From assembly GCA_964597445.1 (NCBI GenBank), contig CAZQXO010000007.1:1661-65660 (forward strand): a stretch of 64,000 nucleotides of DNA, given 5' to 3'. Position 1 is the stretch's first letter, and every line of letters begins with the position of its first letter. This stretch comes from an uncultured Bifidobacteriaceae bacterium (GTDB lineage Bacteria > Actinomycetota > Actinomycetes > S36-B12). Position numbers and translations under genes: made by a program. The notes under the pieces are model-generated. The model worked only from the letters and a program-made list of their open reading frames with translations, was not told where the DNA came from and searched no databases. Shown here in pieces: positions 18,113-28,341 of this stretch.

Positions 18113-20053
18113 TCACGCTCGGGGGGACGCCGGTGCCGTCAGCCACCACGCGGCATACGGAGGCAGGATGACCGGGCCGGTGATGTCGATGGCCTCATCG
18201 CGAATGTGCTCGTGCAGAGTGCCGGGACTCAGGGGACTCAGGGCACCGGGCCACAGCACGCGGCGGCGCTCGGAGAGGTTGTACACCTCGACGAGGGCAC
18301 CGGAGGGGTGGCGCCTGCGGAAGAGGAGCACGGCGGGGTCGTCGGTCACGATGACCTCGGTGCCCACGGCGGCGTGGAGCGCGGGCAGGCCCTTGCGCGC
18401 CGTGATGAGGGAGCGGATGGCCGCGAACACCCGGGCAGGGACCTCGTCACCCGAGCCACGGCCGGCGGCCATCGTCCAGTCCATGGCTGGTCGATGGAGC
18501 CACCGGTTGTCGTCCGCCTTCGCCGGATCGGCGAGGTAGGACTCATCGTTGAGCATGCCCAGCTCATCGCCCATGTAGAGCAGGGGCAGGCCCCCGAAGC
18601 CGAAGGCCATGGCGTAGGCGCACGTCAGGCGCGCGATCGCCGCATCCACGGCTGCGGAGTCCTTCGCGTCGAGAGCCGCCTCGACTCCTGCGAGACTCGC
18701 GGCTGATCCCGAGGTGCGCCGGTCGCCTGTCTCGGGATTCGACTGGAAGTGCGCGCCGCGTGCGAAGCTTCCGTCGAACTCCCCGGCATAGAAGTCGGCG
18801 AGGAAGGCCCGATGGCTGAAGCCGTCCCACCCGACCGCGGCTGCGTCGGCGTCATCGATCGCCCAGCCGATGTCGTCGTGGCACCGCACGTACGTGGCCC
18901 ACGCCGAGGTCACCGGAATCGGGTTGAACCGCGAGAGGGCGGTGGCCAGGAGGCGACCGTCTCGTGCGGCCAGGGCCGACCAGATCTGCACCATGAGTGA
19001 GTTGTGGTACGCCAGCTCGCTCACCTTGCCGGCGTGCTCGCCCTGGCCGAGGTAGGCCACGACGTCGGCAGGTCCGACGATCGCCTCGGCCTTGAAGATG
19101 AGTGCGGGGGCCATGATGTGGGCGGCGGCGCGCATGGCCTGGGTCAGCGCATGCACCTCAGGCTGGTTCTGGCAGTTGGTCCCCATCCGCTTCCAGGTGA
19201 AGGCGATCGCATCGAGGCGGATGCAGTCGGCCCCCTGGTTGGCAAGGAACCCGATGATGTCGACGAACTCGACCATGACCTCGGGGTTGGCCCAGTTGAG
19301 ATCCCACTGCCACTCGTTGAAGGTGGTCCACACCCAGCCCTGCAGATCGGCGTCCCAGGTGAAGTTGCCGGGCGCGAAGGCCGGAAAGACTTCCGGAAGG
19401 TTCTTCTCGTAGGCATCCGGGGTGATGCGATCGGGGAACACGAGGAAGTAGTCGCGGTAGTGGGCGTCACCCTCGCGGGCCTTCTGGGCCCACGCGTGCT
19501 CCCGCGCGACGTGGTTCAGGACGAGGTCGAGGGTCAGGGAGATGCCGGCGTCGTGCAGCTGGGACGCGAGCTCGGCGAGGTCCTGCATCGTGCCCAGATC
19601 CGTGCGCACCGAGCGGTAGTCCATGACGGCATAGCCGCCGTCGTTGGCCCCCGGGCGCGGGGTGAGGAGCGGCATCAGGTGCAGGTAGGTGACCCCGAGG
19701 TCGACGAGGTAGTCGATGCGCTGGCCGATGCCGACCAGGTTCCCGGCGAACAGGTCGGTGTAGGCGACGTAGCCCACGGCGTCCTGGGACTGGAACCAGT
19801 CCGGGCGCAGAATCCGCTCACGATCTCGCTGACGCAGGCTCTCGGGACGTGACAGGTGCACGTCGGCGATCACATCGACGATGCGTCGCAGCACGGGAGC
19901 CGGGTCGTAGACCTCGACCAGGCCTGCCCACAGGTCGGGGGCCCATCGGTCGTACCGGGCCAGGACATCCGTGGCCTGCGGGTCGTCGGCGAGCCGGTCC
20001 GCCAGACGCGCACGACCGTCGGCGATCGTGGAGCCGTAGGCGGGCGCGGTCAT
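18113..20053 (-). CDS. Amylosucrase (GH13 sucrose glucosyltransferase)
   Basis: 646 aa, collinear with amylosucrase as I recall it. [120 protein letters not shown]. Confidence 0.9.
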   Translation of the reverse strand: MTAPAYGSTIADGRARLADRLADDPQATDVLARYDRWAPDLWAGLVEVYDPAPVLRRIVDVIADVHLSRPESLRQRDRERILRPDWFQSQDAVGYVAYTDLFAGNLVGIGQRIDYLVDLGVTYLHLMPLLTPRPGANDGGYAVMDYRSVRTDLGTMQDLAELASQLHDAGISLTLDLVLNHVAREHAWAQKAREGDAHYRDYFLVFPDRITPDAYEKNLPEVFPAFAPGNFTWDADLQGWVWTTFNEWQWDLNWANPEVMVEFVDIIGFLANQGADCIRLDAIAFTWKRMGTNCQNQPEVHALTQAMRAAAHIMAPALIFKAEAIVGPADVVAYLGQGEHAGKVSELAYHNSLMVQIWSALAARDGRLLATALSRFNPIPVTSAWATYVRCHDDIGWAIDDADAAAVGWDGFSHRAFLADFYAGEFDGSFARGAHFQSNPETGDRRTSGSAASLAGVEAALDAKDSAAVDAAIARLTCAYAMAFGFGGLPLLYMGDELGMLNDESYLADPAKADDNRWLHRPAMDWTMAAGRGSGDEVPARVFAAIRSLITARKGLPALHAAVGTEVIVTDDPAVLLFRRRHPSGALVEVYNLSERRRVLWPGALSPLSPGTLHEHIRDEAIDITGPVILPPYAAWWLTAPASPRA

Positions 20054-20170
20054 GTGCTCATTCCGTCCATGTAAACGATGTCACCGCACAGCATGATGCC
20101 CCGCAGGGGTAGTCGGCAAGAGGTGGGGGTGGGGCTGTCAGCGTGTGCATGCCCGGAATCAGGGTTTCCC

Positions 20171-20234
20171 GGCTCCTGCGGCGCTCCGGATCCCTACGCG
20201 CCGGCTTCTGCGGCGCTCCGGATCCCTACGCGCC
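20171..20234. repeat. 32-bp tandem direct duplication (2 copies, 1 mismatch) spanning the glpX stop codon
   Basis: Read directly. 20171-20202 is ggctCctgcggcgctccggatccctacgcgcc and 20203-20234 is ggctTctgcggcgctccggatccctacgcgcc. Confidence 0.95.
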
Positions 20235-21254
20235 GTGGGCTCCCCCCGCACTGCTGAAGTCCACGCTGCTGTACGTCGACAGCTTCGCGAGGCGGTGCTC
20301 ACTGCGCACCTCGCGAATCGTCCCGCTCTTGCTCCGCATCACGATCGAGTGCGTCGTCGGGCCTGCGGGGGTGTACCGAACGCCCTCCATGAGCTCGCCG
20401 TCGGTGATGCCGGTCGCGCAGAAGAAGACGTTGTCTCCGGTGACGAGATCGTCGGTCGTCAGCACCCGCGACAGGTCATGCCCGGCGTCCAGGGCCCGAC
20501 GCCGCTCGTCCTCGTCGCGCGGCGTCAGTCGTCCCTGGATCGTGCCGCCGAGGCACTTCATGGCGCAGGCCGCGATGATGCCCTCGGGTGTGCCGCCGAT
20601 GCCGGCGAGGAGGTCGACGCCGGTCCCGGCCCGCGCGGCCATGATCGCACCAGCGACGTCACCGTCCGTGATGAACTTGATGCGCGCTCCAGTGGCGCGC
20701 ACATCGGCGACGAGCGAGTCGTGGCGAGGTCGATCGAGGATGCACACGGTGAGGTCGGCGACGTTCTCACCCTTGGCCTTCGCGAGTCGAGTGAGGTTCG
20801 TTCCGATGGGGGCGGTGATGTCGATGACATCGGCACCCTCGGGTCCGACAACGAGCTTCTCCATGTAGAAGACGGCGCTGGGGTCGTACATCGCGCCCCG
20901 CTCCGCCACCGCCAGCACCGCGATCGCATTGGGCATGCCCTTGGCATTCAGGGTGGTGCCGTCGATCGGATCGACGGCGACGTCGACGTCGGGGCCCGTT
21001 CCGTCGCCCACGCGCTCACCGTTGAACAGCATCGGGGCGTCGTCCTTCTCGCCCTCGCCGATGACCACCGTGCCGTTCATCGACACGCTTCCGATCAGCT
21101 GGCGCATGGCATTGACCGCCGCGCCGTCGGCGCCGTTCTTGTCACCGCGGCCGACCCAGCGGGCGGCAGCCATGGCGGCCGCCTCGGTCACGCGCACCAG
21201 CTCCAGAGCCAGATTGCGATCCGGGACCTCGGGTGCCCGCTCCTGCGCCGCCAT
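20226..21254 (-). CDS. glpX: Class II fructose-1,6-bisphosphatase
   Basis: 342 aa. [81 protein letters not shown]. Confidence 0.95.
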   Translation of the reverse strand: MAAQERAPEVPDRNLALELVRVTEAAAMAAARWVGRGDKNGADGAAVNAMRQLIGSVSMNGTVVIGEGEKDDAPMLFNGERVGDGTGPDVDVAVDPIDGTTLNAKGMPNAIAVLAVAERGAMYDPSAVFYMEKLVVGPEGADVIDITAPIGTNLTRLAKAKGENVADLTVCILDRPRHDSLVADVRATGARIKFITDGDVAGAIMAARAGTGVDLLAGIGGTPEGIIAACAMKCLGGTIQGRLTPRDEDERRRALDAGHDLSRVLTTDDLVTGDNVFFCATGITDGELMEGVRYTPAGPTTHSIVMRSKSGTIREVRSEHRLAKLSTYSSVDFSSAGGAHGA

Positions 21255-21333
21255 GCCGCCAGCGTAGCCATGGGGGAGGGACGAGTCGCGAGGTCGATTC
21301 GTGGACCTTCCCGGAATGGGCGATCATGGGGTC

Positions 21334-21909
21334 GTGAGCGATCAGGTCGACGTGGGCGATTCCACGCCCCAGCCCACAGGGCGGTCCACGGGGCACTTGC
21401 GCAAGACCGTCACGGACATGGTCCTGTCCATGGCCGTGGTCCTCGCCCTGGTCTTCGTCATCGTCCTGCTGGCCTGGCGGCCCACCCCCCAGGTCATCAA
21501 CGTCATCGATCCCGCCCCGGCGATCGCCCAGGCCACAGCCCAGGCCGACTTCCCGCTGGTCACGCCCACCGGTCTGGAGGCTGACTGGCGTCCGACCAGT
21601 GCGCGGTGGGAGCCGTCACCCGAGTCCGGATCCGATCCCGTGCTGCACATCGGCTACGTGACGCCGACCGACCAGTACGGCCAGGTGAGCCTGTCGCGCT
21701 CGGCAACCGAGCGCTACCTGACGGAGCAGACGTCCGGAGGCAGGCCGATCGACACGCGCGAGGTCGCTGGAGCGGTGTGGCAGAGGTGGGAGGCCGACGA
21801 CCGTCGAAGCCTCGTCCTGATCGAGGACGGTGTCACCACGATCGTGTCCGGCACGGGGGGGTGGTCGGAGATCGAGGGTCTCGCGGCGACTCTCCAGCCC
21901 CTGCCCTAG
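21334..21909 (+). CDS. DUF4245 domain-containing membrane-anchored protein
   Basis: ORF 21301..21909. RKTVTDMVLSMAVVLALVFVIVLLAWRP, then a periplasmic domain. It occupies the usual position divergent from glpX. The start is uncertain (GTG 21301, ATG 21316 or GTG 21334). Confidence 0.7.
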   Translation: MSDQVDVGDSTPQPTGRSTGHLRKTVTDMVLSMAVVLALVFVIVLLAWRPTPQVINVIDPAPAIAQATAQADFPLVTPTGLEADWRPTSARWEPSPESGSDPVLHIGYVTPTDQYGQVSLSRSATERYLTEQTSGGRPIDTREVAGAVWQRWEADDRRSLVLIEDGVTTIVSGTGGWSEIEGLAATLQPLP

Positions 21910-21935
21910 TCCGCGATCAGTCCTTCAGTCCGGGA

Positions 21936-22163
21936 TCAGTCCTCGTCGTCCTCGTCGTCGACCGTGACGCGCTCCCGTGCCGCGTCGAGCCACGTCTGGC
22001 AGTGCTGCGCGAGCGCCTCGCCGCGCTCCCACAGGGCGAGTGACTCCTCGAGCGTGAGCCCACCGGACTCGAGCTGCTGCACGACGGAGGCGAGCTCGTC
22101 CCGTGCCTGCTCGTAGGTGAGGTCGGTGTCCTGAGCCGCCGCGGTGGAGCTCTTCCTGGTCAC
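21936..22163 (-). CDS. xseB: Exodeoxyribonuclease VII small subunit
   Basis: 75 aa. TYEQARDELASVVQQLESGGLTLEESLALWERGEALAQHCQTWLD. Overlaps the xseA stop. Confidence 0.85.
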   Translation of the reverse strand: MTRKSSTAAAQDTDLTYEQARDELASVVQQLESGGLTLEESLALWERGEALAQHCQTWLDAARERVTVDDEDDED

Positions 22164-23305
22164 GGTGTGTCCTCTCGTCGCGCGGTCAGGCGTCCGTGGG
22201 AGACGCGGATGTCGAGCAGGGCCTGTGCGGGAACCTCGTCGGCATCGCGGACGATCCGACCCTCATCCGTCAGCACAATGGCATAGCCGCGCTCCAGCGT
22301 GGCCTGCGGAGAGAGCGCGCGAATGCGGGCCTGGAGGTGGTGGACGTCCTGCTCTGCCGCATCGAGTCGGGACGAGATCACTGCCCTCGCACGCTGGCGC
22401 CGATGATCCAGGGTCTGCTGGCCGCTGTCGATCAGGTGGCGAAGGGTCAGGGTGGCTCGGGATCGCAGACCGGTGACGAGAGCCTGCTGCTCGATGACCG
22501 ACGGCACCACGCGCTTGGCCGCATCCGTCGGTGTCGAGGCGCGGAGGTCGGCGACGAAATCGAGCAGGGGCGCGTCCTGCTCATGGCCGATGGCGCTCAC
22601 GACGGGTGTGTGACAGGCAGAGACGGCGCGCACCAGGGTCTCGTTGCTGAAGGGCAGCAGATCCTCCACGCTGCCGCCTCCGCGCGTGATGATGATGACG
22701 TCGACGTCGGCCAGGGCATCGAGCTCCATGACGGCGCTCGTGACGGCGGACACCGCCTGTGCTCCCTGGACAGGAACCTCGCGGACCTCGAAGTCGATCG
22801 ACGGCCATCGCTCGCGGGCGTTGACGAGGACATCCTGCATCGCTGCGCTGTTGCGTCCGCAGATGAGGCCGACCCGACGTGGGAGGAAAGGCAGGGGCTT
22901 CTTGCGCTCGGGGGCAAAGAGGCCCTCGGCCGCCAGCAGGTCGCGCAGTCGAGCGAGGTCGGCGAGCAGTGTCCCGAGGCCCACGTGCCGGATCTCCCGG
23001 GCCAGCATCGACAGCGACCCGCGGGCTGCGTAGAAGTCCGGCTTGGCGTGGACGAGGAGCCGCTGCCCCTCCTGCAGGGGCGGGTCGAGTCGTCCGATCA
23101 CGATCGAGTCGGCCTTGACGGTCAGCGACATGTCGACGTCCGTGTCGCGCAGCACGAAGTAGTGGAAGCGTGCTCCCGGACGGGGTCGGTACTCGGCCAC
23201 CTGCCCGTCGATCCACACGGCTCCGAGGCGTGCGATCCAGTCGGTGAGCGATCGCGCGATGGTCCTGACCGCGGCGGGAGACTCCGGTGTCGTCTCGAGC
23301 GCCAT
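22160..23305 (-). CDS. xseA: Exodeoxyribonuclease VII large subunit
   Basis: 381 aa. An OB-fold N-terminus (VWIDGQVAEYRPRPGARFHYFVLRD), then VGLICGRNSAAMQDV, IIITRGGGSVEDLLPFSNE, SAIGHEQD. Confidence 0.9.
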   Translation of the reverse strand: MALETTPESPAAVRTIARSLTDWIARLGAVWIDGQVAEYRPRPGARFHYFVLRDTDVDMSLTVKADSIVIGRLDPPLQEGQRLLVHAKPDFYAARGSLSMLAREIRHVGLGTLLADLARLRDLLAAEGLFAPERKKPLPFLPRRVGLICGRNSAAMQDVLVNARERWPSIDFEVREVPVQGAQAVSAVTSAVMELDALADVDVIIITRGGGSVEDLLPFSNETLVRAVSACHTPVVSAIGHEQDAPLLDFVADLRASTPTDAAKRVVPSVIEQQALVTGLRSRATLTLRHLIDSGQQTLDHRRQRARAVISSRLDAAEQDVHHLQARIRALSPQATLERGYAIVLTDEGRIVRDADEVPAQALLDIRVSHGRLTARREDTP

Positions 23306-23358
23306 GGCGGGAAGCCTACGGGTCGAGGGCGCTGCTCACCGGGGCTGACGGGACCCGG

Positions 23359-24195
23359 CTACCAGCGCCTCGGATCGAGAAGGTCGATGTCGCCGGAGGC
23401 GAGGGACGCGTCGGCGAGTCGAGCGGGCGTGGACGCCCATGCCTCGCACGCGGCATTCAGTTCGACCGGTGACGTGACGCCGATGACGACGTGCGTGGCC
23501 CATGGCAGGGCGCGCACGTGCGACAGGCAGGCGGCCACGGGGGTCTGCCCGGTGCTCTCGGCGTGAGCCCGGAACCTCCAGACGTCGGGGTGTGAGGCGT
23601 GCTCTCCCGCGGTCGAGACCAGCACGCCCTGGAGGAAGGCGCTTCGCACGACGATCTCGGCACCCTGCGCGGCGAGGTCGAGGAGAGCCGGGGACGAGTC
23701 GAGTCGACGATCCAGGACGTTCGCGGGCACCTGGACGATGCCGAGAGGGCACGAGCGGGAGGAGAACACCTCCGTCGCCGACTGCACCCCGCTCGCGTCG
23801 TAGACGGAGACACCCGCATGCGTGACGAGCCCCGCATCGCGGGCCCGTCCCAGGGAGGTGACAGCAGTGCGACGCGACGCCTCGTCGAGGGCGTCCCAGT
23901 CGTGCAGAAGCACCCCGTGGAGTCGGTCCATGCCGAGATCGACCAGGGAGGCGTGGATCTGCTCCTGCACGTCGCTCGCACCGGCCACCTTCGTGGTGAT
24001 CGAGAAGTCCCGGGCGAAGGGCCGCAGCCTCGACTGCGCATCTCCGTACCCCGCAGCCGTGTCGATGTCGGCGATGTCCCACTCGCGGGCCGTAGCCACG
24101 ATGTCGGCGACGGTGTCATCAGCCAGGCGTCCGGCCGTGTTGGTCACGCCGTAGTGGGACCCCCACTGGGCGGTGCCGAGCATGAGTCGTGTCAC
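23359..24195 (-). CDS. Aldo/keto reductase
   Basis: 278 aa. LGTAQWGSHYG, DIDTAAGYGDAQ, LHDWD, GVSVYD, SAFLQGVL. Confidence 0.85.
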   Translation of the reverse strand: MTRLMLGTAQWGSHYGVTNTAGRLADDTVADIVATAREWDIADIDTAAGYGDAQSRLRPFARDFSITTKVAGASDVQEQIHASLVDLGMDRLHGVLLHDWDALDEASRRTAVTSLGRARDAGLVTHAGVSVYDASGVQSATEVFSSRSCPLGIVQVPANVLDRRLDSSPALLDLAAQGAEIVVRSAFLQGVLVSTAGEHASHPDVWRFRAHAESTGQTPVAACLSHVRALPWATHVVIGVTSPVELNAACEAWASTPARLADASLASGDIDLLDPRRW

Positions 24196-24297
24196 GCAGC
24201 CATCCCATCACGTCCCGGGCGGGACTGCGGCGCTCCGCAGCGCTTCGCGCCGGTCCGCGATGATGCCGCCCCGAGCATCACCACCTAGCATGGCGTC

Positions 24298-25260
24298 ATG
24301 GCGATCGGAAAGAAGGTGCTCCTCGCGGCGCCCCGCGGGTACTGCGCTGGCGTCGACCGGGCGGTCGTCACCGTCGAGAAGGCGCTCGACCACTACGGCG
24401 CCCCGGTGTACGTGCGCAAGCAGATCGTGCACAACAAGTACGTCGTGCAGGCCCTGGAGGATCGCGGCGCCATCTTCGTCGAGGAGCTCGAGGAGGTTCC
24501 CGAGGGGTCCGTGGTGGTGTTCTCCGCGCACGGGGTCGCTCCGGTCGTGCATGAGGAGGCGAAGGAGCGTCAGCTTCGGACCATCGACGCCACATGCCCG
24601 CTCGTCACGAAGGTGCACGCAGAGGCGAAGCGGTTCGCCGCGGAGGGCTACCAGATCGTCCTCGTCGGCCATGAGGGTCACGAGGAGGTCGTCGGCACGA
24701 TGGGCGAGGCACCCGGCGTCATGACGCTCGTCGAGAACCCTGCTGACGCCGCGTCCGTCGAGCTGCCGGAGAGCGACCGACTCGTCTGGCTGTCGCAGAC
24801 GACCCTCTCCGTCGATGAGACGCTGGAGACCGTCGACGTCCTGAAGAGCCGGTTCCCGAATCTCGTGAGTCCGCCCAGTGATGACATCTGCTACGCGACT
24901 CAGAACCGTCAGGCCGCGGTGAAGGCGATCGCCCCGCAGTGCGACGTCTTCATCGTCGTGGGCTCGGGCAACTCGTCCAACAGCGTCCGTCTGGTTGAGG
25001 TGGCCCTTGAGGCGGGTGCCACGAGCGCTCATCGAGTCGACTACGCCGACGAGCTCGACGATGCCTGGTTCGCGGGCGCGTCCATCATCGGCCTGTCGAG
25101 CGGCGCATCGGTGCCGGAGATCCTCGTCGATGACGTCCTGACGTGGCTGCGTGAGCGCGGCTACGGAACGGTCGAGGAGGTCTTCACTGCTGAGGAGACC
25201 CTCATCTTCGCCCTGCCGCCCGAGCTGCGACGCGACCTGAAGGCCGCAGGCACGCAGTAG
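24298..25260 (+). CDS. ispH: 4-hydroxy-3-methylbut-2-enyl diphosphate reductase
   Basis: 320 aa. [83 protein letters not shown]. Confidence 0.95.
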   Translation: MAIGKKVLLAAPRGYCAGVDRAVVTVEKALDHYGAPVYVRKQIVHNKYVVQALEDRGAIFVEELEEVPEGSVVVFSAHGVAPVVHEEAKERQLRTIDATCPLVTKVHAEAKRFAAEGYQIVLVGHEGHEEVVGTMGEAPGVMTLVENPADAASVELPESDRLVWLSQTTLSVDETLETVDVLKSRFPNLVSPPSDDICYATQNRQAAVKAIAPQCDVFIVVGSGNSSNSVRLVEVALEAGATSAHRVDYADELDDAWFAGASIIGLSSGASVPEILVDDVLTWLRERGYGTVEEVFTAEETLIFALPPELRRDLKAAGTQ

Positions 25261-25263
25261 CCG

Positions 25264-26091
25264 TCAGGTGCGCCGGCGGCGCACCAGCACGATCACCAGA
25301 GCGACCAGGGTGCTGCCGAGGATCCAGAGCCAGTTGTCGGCGAGTGAGAAGAACACGATCACGCCCCGATTGACCAGGGATCCCTCCCCGGAGTCCAGGA
25401 AGAGCTGGCCGGCCGTCAGCGCGGCGACGAGGAAGGCGACCGGGGGGACGAGGAAGGCGATGGTGTCGTCCTCGCGTCGGATCGCGATCGCCCCGTAGAC
25501 CGAGCTCACGAGCAGGGCGAGACCCGTCGGCCAGCCGAGGGAGCCGCCACCGAGGGCGGCGTTGGCGAAGCCGATGATGACGGTGATCGCGATGACGACC
25601 CCCGACACGATGAGGCCGCTGGCCCCGCGACCGGAGGTGCGGGCGGAGGCACTCCGCCGGGCACGACGAGCAGGGGACGCGGGTGTCTCCCGAGAGGGCA
25701 TGGGTTCTCCGCTGGTCTGCTCGGGAGCGGGTTCGACGAGAAGTGCGGCCACGGCCATGTCGCTGGGATCCACGGTGGGTGCAGTGTCGCCGCGCTCCAG
25801 GGTGCGCAGACGGCTGAAGCGACCTGACTCCAGGGCCAGGACGGCGTCCGGCCGATCGGCCACGCCCTGACTGCGGAAGAGGCGCCCGGTGTCGGAGACC
25901 GGCTGGCGCCCGGGGGAGTCGACCTCGTCAGCGGGCGGCGCGCTGGGCATCACGGGCCCGGGGGGCTCGACGGGTGCTGGCCCGGGGGCGGAGGGGGCGG
26001 ACGAATCACGCTCGGGGGTCTCGGGACGGAACAGCCCCTCGAAGGCCGGATCCACCTGATCCGGCCCGGGGGAGTCGCCCGCCGAAGTCAC
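25264..26091 (-). CDS. Membrane protein with Pro/Ala/Ser-rich cytoplasmic N-terminal region (DUF6542-like)
   Basis: C-terminal part of ORF 25264..26661. There are four TM helices at the C-terminus (LIVSGVVIAITVIIGFANAAL, GLALLVSSVYGAIAI, FLVPPVAFLVAALTAGQLF, NWLWILGSTLVALVIVLV). The track ORF would overlap ychF, so I prefer GTG 26091 as the start. The start is uncertain. Confidence 0.55.
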   Translation of the reverse strand: MTSAGDSPGPDQVDPAFEGLFRPETPERDSSAPSAPGPAPVEPPGPVMPSAPPADEVDSPGRQPVSDTGRLFRSQGVADRPDAVLALESGRFSRLRTLERGDTAPTVDPSDMAVAALLVEPAPEQTSGEPMPSRETPASPARRARRSASARTSGRGASGLIVSGVVIAITVIIGFANAALGGGSLGWPTGLALLVSSVYGAIAIRREDDTIAFLVPPVAFLVAALTAGQLFLDSGEGSLVNRGVIVFFSLADNWLWILGSTLVALVIVLVRRRRT

Positions 26092-26142
26092 CTGAGTACC
26101 GTACTCAAGGCTCCCGATCAGGGGTGCCCTCCCGCACGAGAA

Positions 26143-27225
26143 ATGAGTGTCGTGGCCCTCACCATCGGAATCGTCGGCCTGCCGAACGTCGGCAAGTCGA
26201 CGCTGTTCAACGCCCTCACGAAGAACGACGTCCTCGCCGCCAACTACCCCTTCGCGACGATCGAGCCGAACACGGGTGTCGTCGGGGTGCCGGATCCGCG
26301 ACTGGAGGTGCTGGCCGGCATCTTCAGCTCGGAGCGGATCCTCCCGGCCTCCGTCACCTTCGTCGACATCGCCGGCATCGTCAAGGGTGCGAGCGAGGGA
26401 GCCGGCCTGGGCAACAAGTTCCTGGCCAACATCCGCGAGTCCGATGCGATCTGCCAGGTGCTGCGTGCCTTCCACGATGACGACGTCGTGCACGTCGAGG
26501 GACGGGTGTCTCCCGAGGAGGACATGGAGACGATCAACACCGAGTTGATCCTCGCTGACATGCAGACCCTCGAGAAGGCCATTCCCCGCCTGCAGAAGGA
26601 AGCACGCAACGACAAGACGAAGCAGCCGCTTCTCGACGCAGCGCTTGCGGCGCAGGAGCACCTGAACGCGGGGACCACGGTGTTCGCCTCGGGTATGGAC
26701 ATGACGCCCCTGAAGGAGCTCTTCCTCCTGACGGCCAAGCCCTTCATCTACGTCATCAATGTTGACGAGTCGGAACTGGCCGATGAGGGCTTCAAGCAGC
26801 GCATGCGTGACCTCGTTGCTCCGGCCGAGGCGGTGTTCCTCGACGCCAAGCTGGAGGCCGAGCTCGTCGAGCTCCCGGACGATGAGGCGCTCGAGCTCCT
26901 GCAGTCAGTGGGGCAGGAGGAGCCCGGTCTCCATGCTCTCGCCCGGGTCGGATTCGACACTCTCGGACTGCAGACCTACCTGACGGCCGGGCCCAAGGAG
27001 TCGCGGGCGTGGGAGATCCGCAAGGGCTCCACGGCACCGGAGGCCGCGGGCGTGATCCACACGGACTTCCAGAAGGGCTTCATCAAGGCGGAGGTCGTCT
27101 CATTCGACGACCTCGTCGAGGCGGGGTCGATGGCGGAGGCCAAGGCCAAGGGCAAGGTGCGGATCGAGGGCAAGGACTACGTGATGCACGACGGCGACGT
27201 GGTCGAGTTCCGATTCAATGTCTGA
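26143..27225 (+). CDS. ychF: Redox-regulated ATPase YchF
   Basis: 360 aa. IGIVGLPNVGKSTLFNALT, ANYPFATIEPNTG, FVDIAGIVKGASEGAGLGNKFL, and the C-terminal TGS-like DFQKGFIKAEV. Confidence 0.95.
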   Translation: MSVVALTIGIVGLPNVGKSTLFNALTKNDVLAANYPFATIEPNTGVVGVPDPRLEVLAGIFSSERILPASVTFVDIAGIVKGASEGAGLGNKFLANIRESDAICQVLRAFHDDDVVHVEGRVSPEEDMETINTELILADMQTLEKAIPRLQKEARNDKTKQPLLDAALAAQEHLNAGTTVFASGMDMTPLKELFLLTAKPFIYVINVDESELADEGFKQRMRDLVAPAEAVFLDAKLEAELVELPDDEALELLQSVGQEEPGLHALARVGFDTLGLQTYLTAGPKESRAWEIRKGSTAPEAAGVIHTDFQKGFIKAEVVSFDDLVEAGSMAEAKAKGKVRIEGKDYVMHDGDVVEFRFNV

Positions 27226-27424
27226 GCGGGTGACGGGCTCGGCTTCCTACTTCCCCTCCATCGAGAAGACGTACGGCCAGCCCATCTCGTACTGGATGTC
27301 CCAGCTGGATGACGTGCGGGATGCCCAGCACATGGAGCAGGTGGCACACCTCAAGGCCATGGGAATGGGGCATGGCCACGCCAACGCTGTGGTGGCGGTC
27401 TATCGCGCCGAGCATGGCCTCTGA
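27218..27424 (+). CDS. DUF4287 domain-containing small protein
   Basis: 68 aa. SYFPSIEKTYGQPISYWMSQL...HMEQVAHLKAMGMGHGHANAVVAV. Overlaps the ychF end by 8 nt. Confidence 0.65.
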   Translation: MSERVTGSASYFPSIEKTYGQPISYWMSQLDDVRDAQHMEQVAHLKAMGMGHGHANAVVAVYRAEHGL

Positions 27425-27448
27425 CCTGCCGAGATCTACAGTGTTGCC

Positions 27449-27937
27449 ATGAGCGACTTCCTCTACTCCGTCGAGCGCCAGTTCGATCTGCCGGTCGAGA
27501 TCCTGTGGGATGCCTGGGTCGACGCGGATGCCCTGGAGTCGTGGTACCACCCCGTTGACCTCTCGGTGGTTCCCGGCTCGGTCACGTCGGATGCGGTCCC
27601 GGGCGGGGAGTGGTCGGTTGCCGTGGATGTACCGGGGATGGGCTTCGTGGCCTACTTCTGGGGCCGCTACACGGAGGTCGTCGACCAGGAGCGTCTCGTG
27701 CACACGCTCAGCTACTCGCAGTCGGCCGAGGAGTTCGCCCTCCGCGACCCGGAGGTCCCGCACCACCGCATCGTGATCGAGTTCGACAGTCGTGGGATGT
27801 ACAGCTGGGTGAAGTTCAGCCAGTACGGCGAGCTCCCTGACGGTGAGGCTGTGCAGGCTCAGGCCGGCATGGAGAGCTACTTCGACTCACTCGAGGCCTT
27901 CCTCGCAGCGGGCGCGGCAGGGGCGACCCTCGAGTGA
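27449..27937 (+). CDS. SRPBCC (Aha1/START-like) domain protein
   Basis: 162 aa. VERQFDLPVEILWDAWVDADALESWYHP...FWGRYTEVVDQERLVHT...GMESYFDSLEAFL. Confidence 0.8.
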   Translation: MSDFLYSVERQFDLPVEILWDAWVDADALESWYHPVDLSVVPGSVTSDAVPGGEWSVAVDVPGMGFVAYFWGRYTEVVDQERLVHTLSYSQSAEEFALRDPEVPHHRIVIEFDSRGMYSWVKFSQYGELPDGEAVQAQAGMESYFDSLEAFLAAGAAGATLE

Positions 27938-28341
27938 GTGAGGCGACGATGCCGGACTTCGTCGTCGCGGCTGTCGTCATGCGGGATGCGGACGGACGCA
28001 TCCTCGTGGTGCGCAAGCGCGGAACGAGCCGGTTCATGCTCCCGGGAGGGAAGATCGAATCGGGCGAGAGCCCGGAGCTCTGCGCCGCCCGCGAGGCTCG
28101 CGAGGAGCTCGGAGTGGTCCTGGACGCATCGGCCCTGATCCGGTTGGGCGAGTGGACGGCACCTGCGGCGAACGAGTCGGGACGCACGGTCCACGGGCAC
28201 ATCTACGAGCATGCGTGGGTGGCCGGCGTGACGGCATGCCAGGAGATCGACGAGGTGCAGTGGCTGTCTCCGGACGAGGCTCGCGTGCGCACGGACCTGG
28301 CGCCGTTGTTCCAGGCCTGCGTGCTCCCGGCCCTCAGCTGA
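27934..28341 (+). CDS. NUDIX hydrolase
   Basis: Nudix box GGKIESGESPELCAAREAREELGV. GTG 27934 overlaps the upstream stop. ATG 27949 is an alternative start. Confidence 0.85.
   Translation: MSEATMPDFVVAAVVMRDADGRILVVRKRGTSRFMLPGGKIESGESPELCAAREAREELGVVLDASALIRLGEWTAPAANESGRTVHGHIYEHAWVAGVTACQEIDEVQWLSPDEARVRTDLAPLFQACVLPALS

Noticed and set aside
20171-20234. The 32-bp tandem repeat as a CRISPR fragment or as a target-site duplication of a mobile element.
   Set aside because: There are only two directly abutting copies, with no spacers and no cas genes. Target-site duplications flank an insert and do not sit in tandem. No transposase or integrase is nearby.
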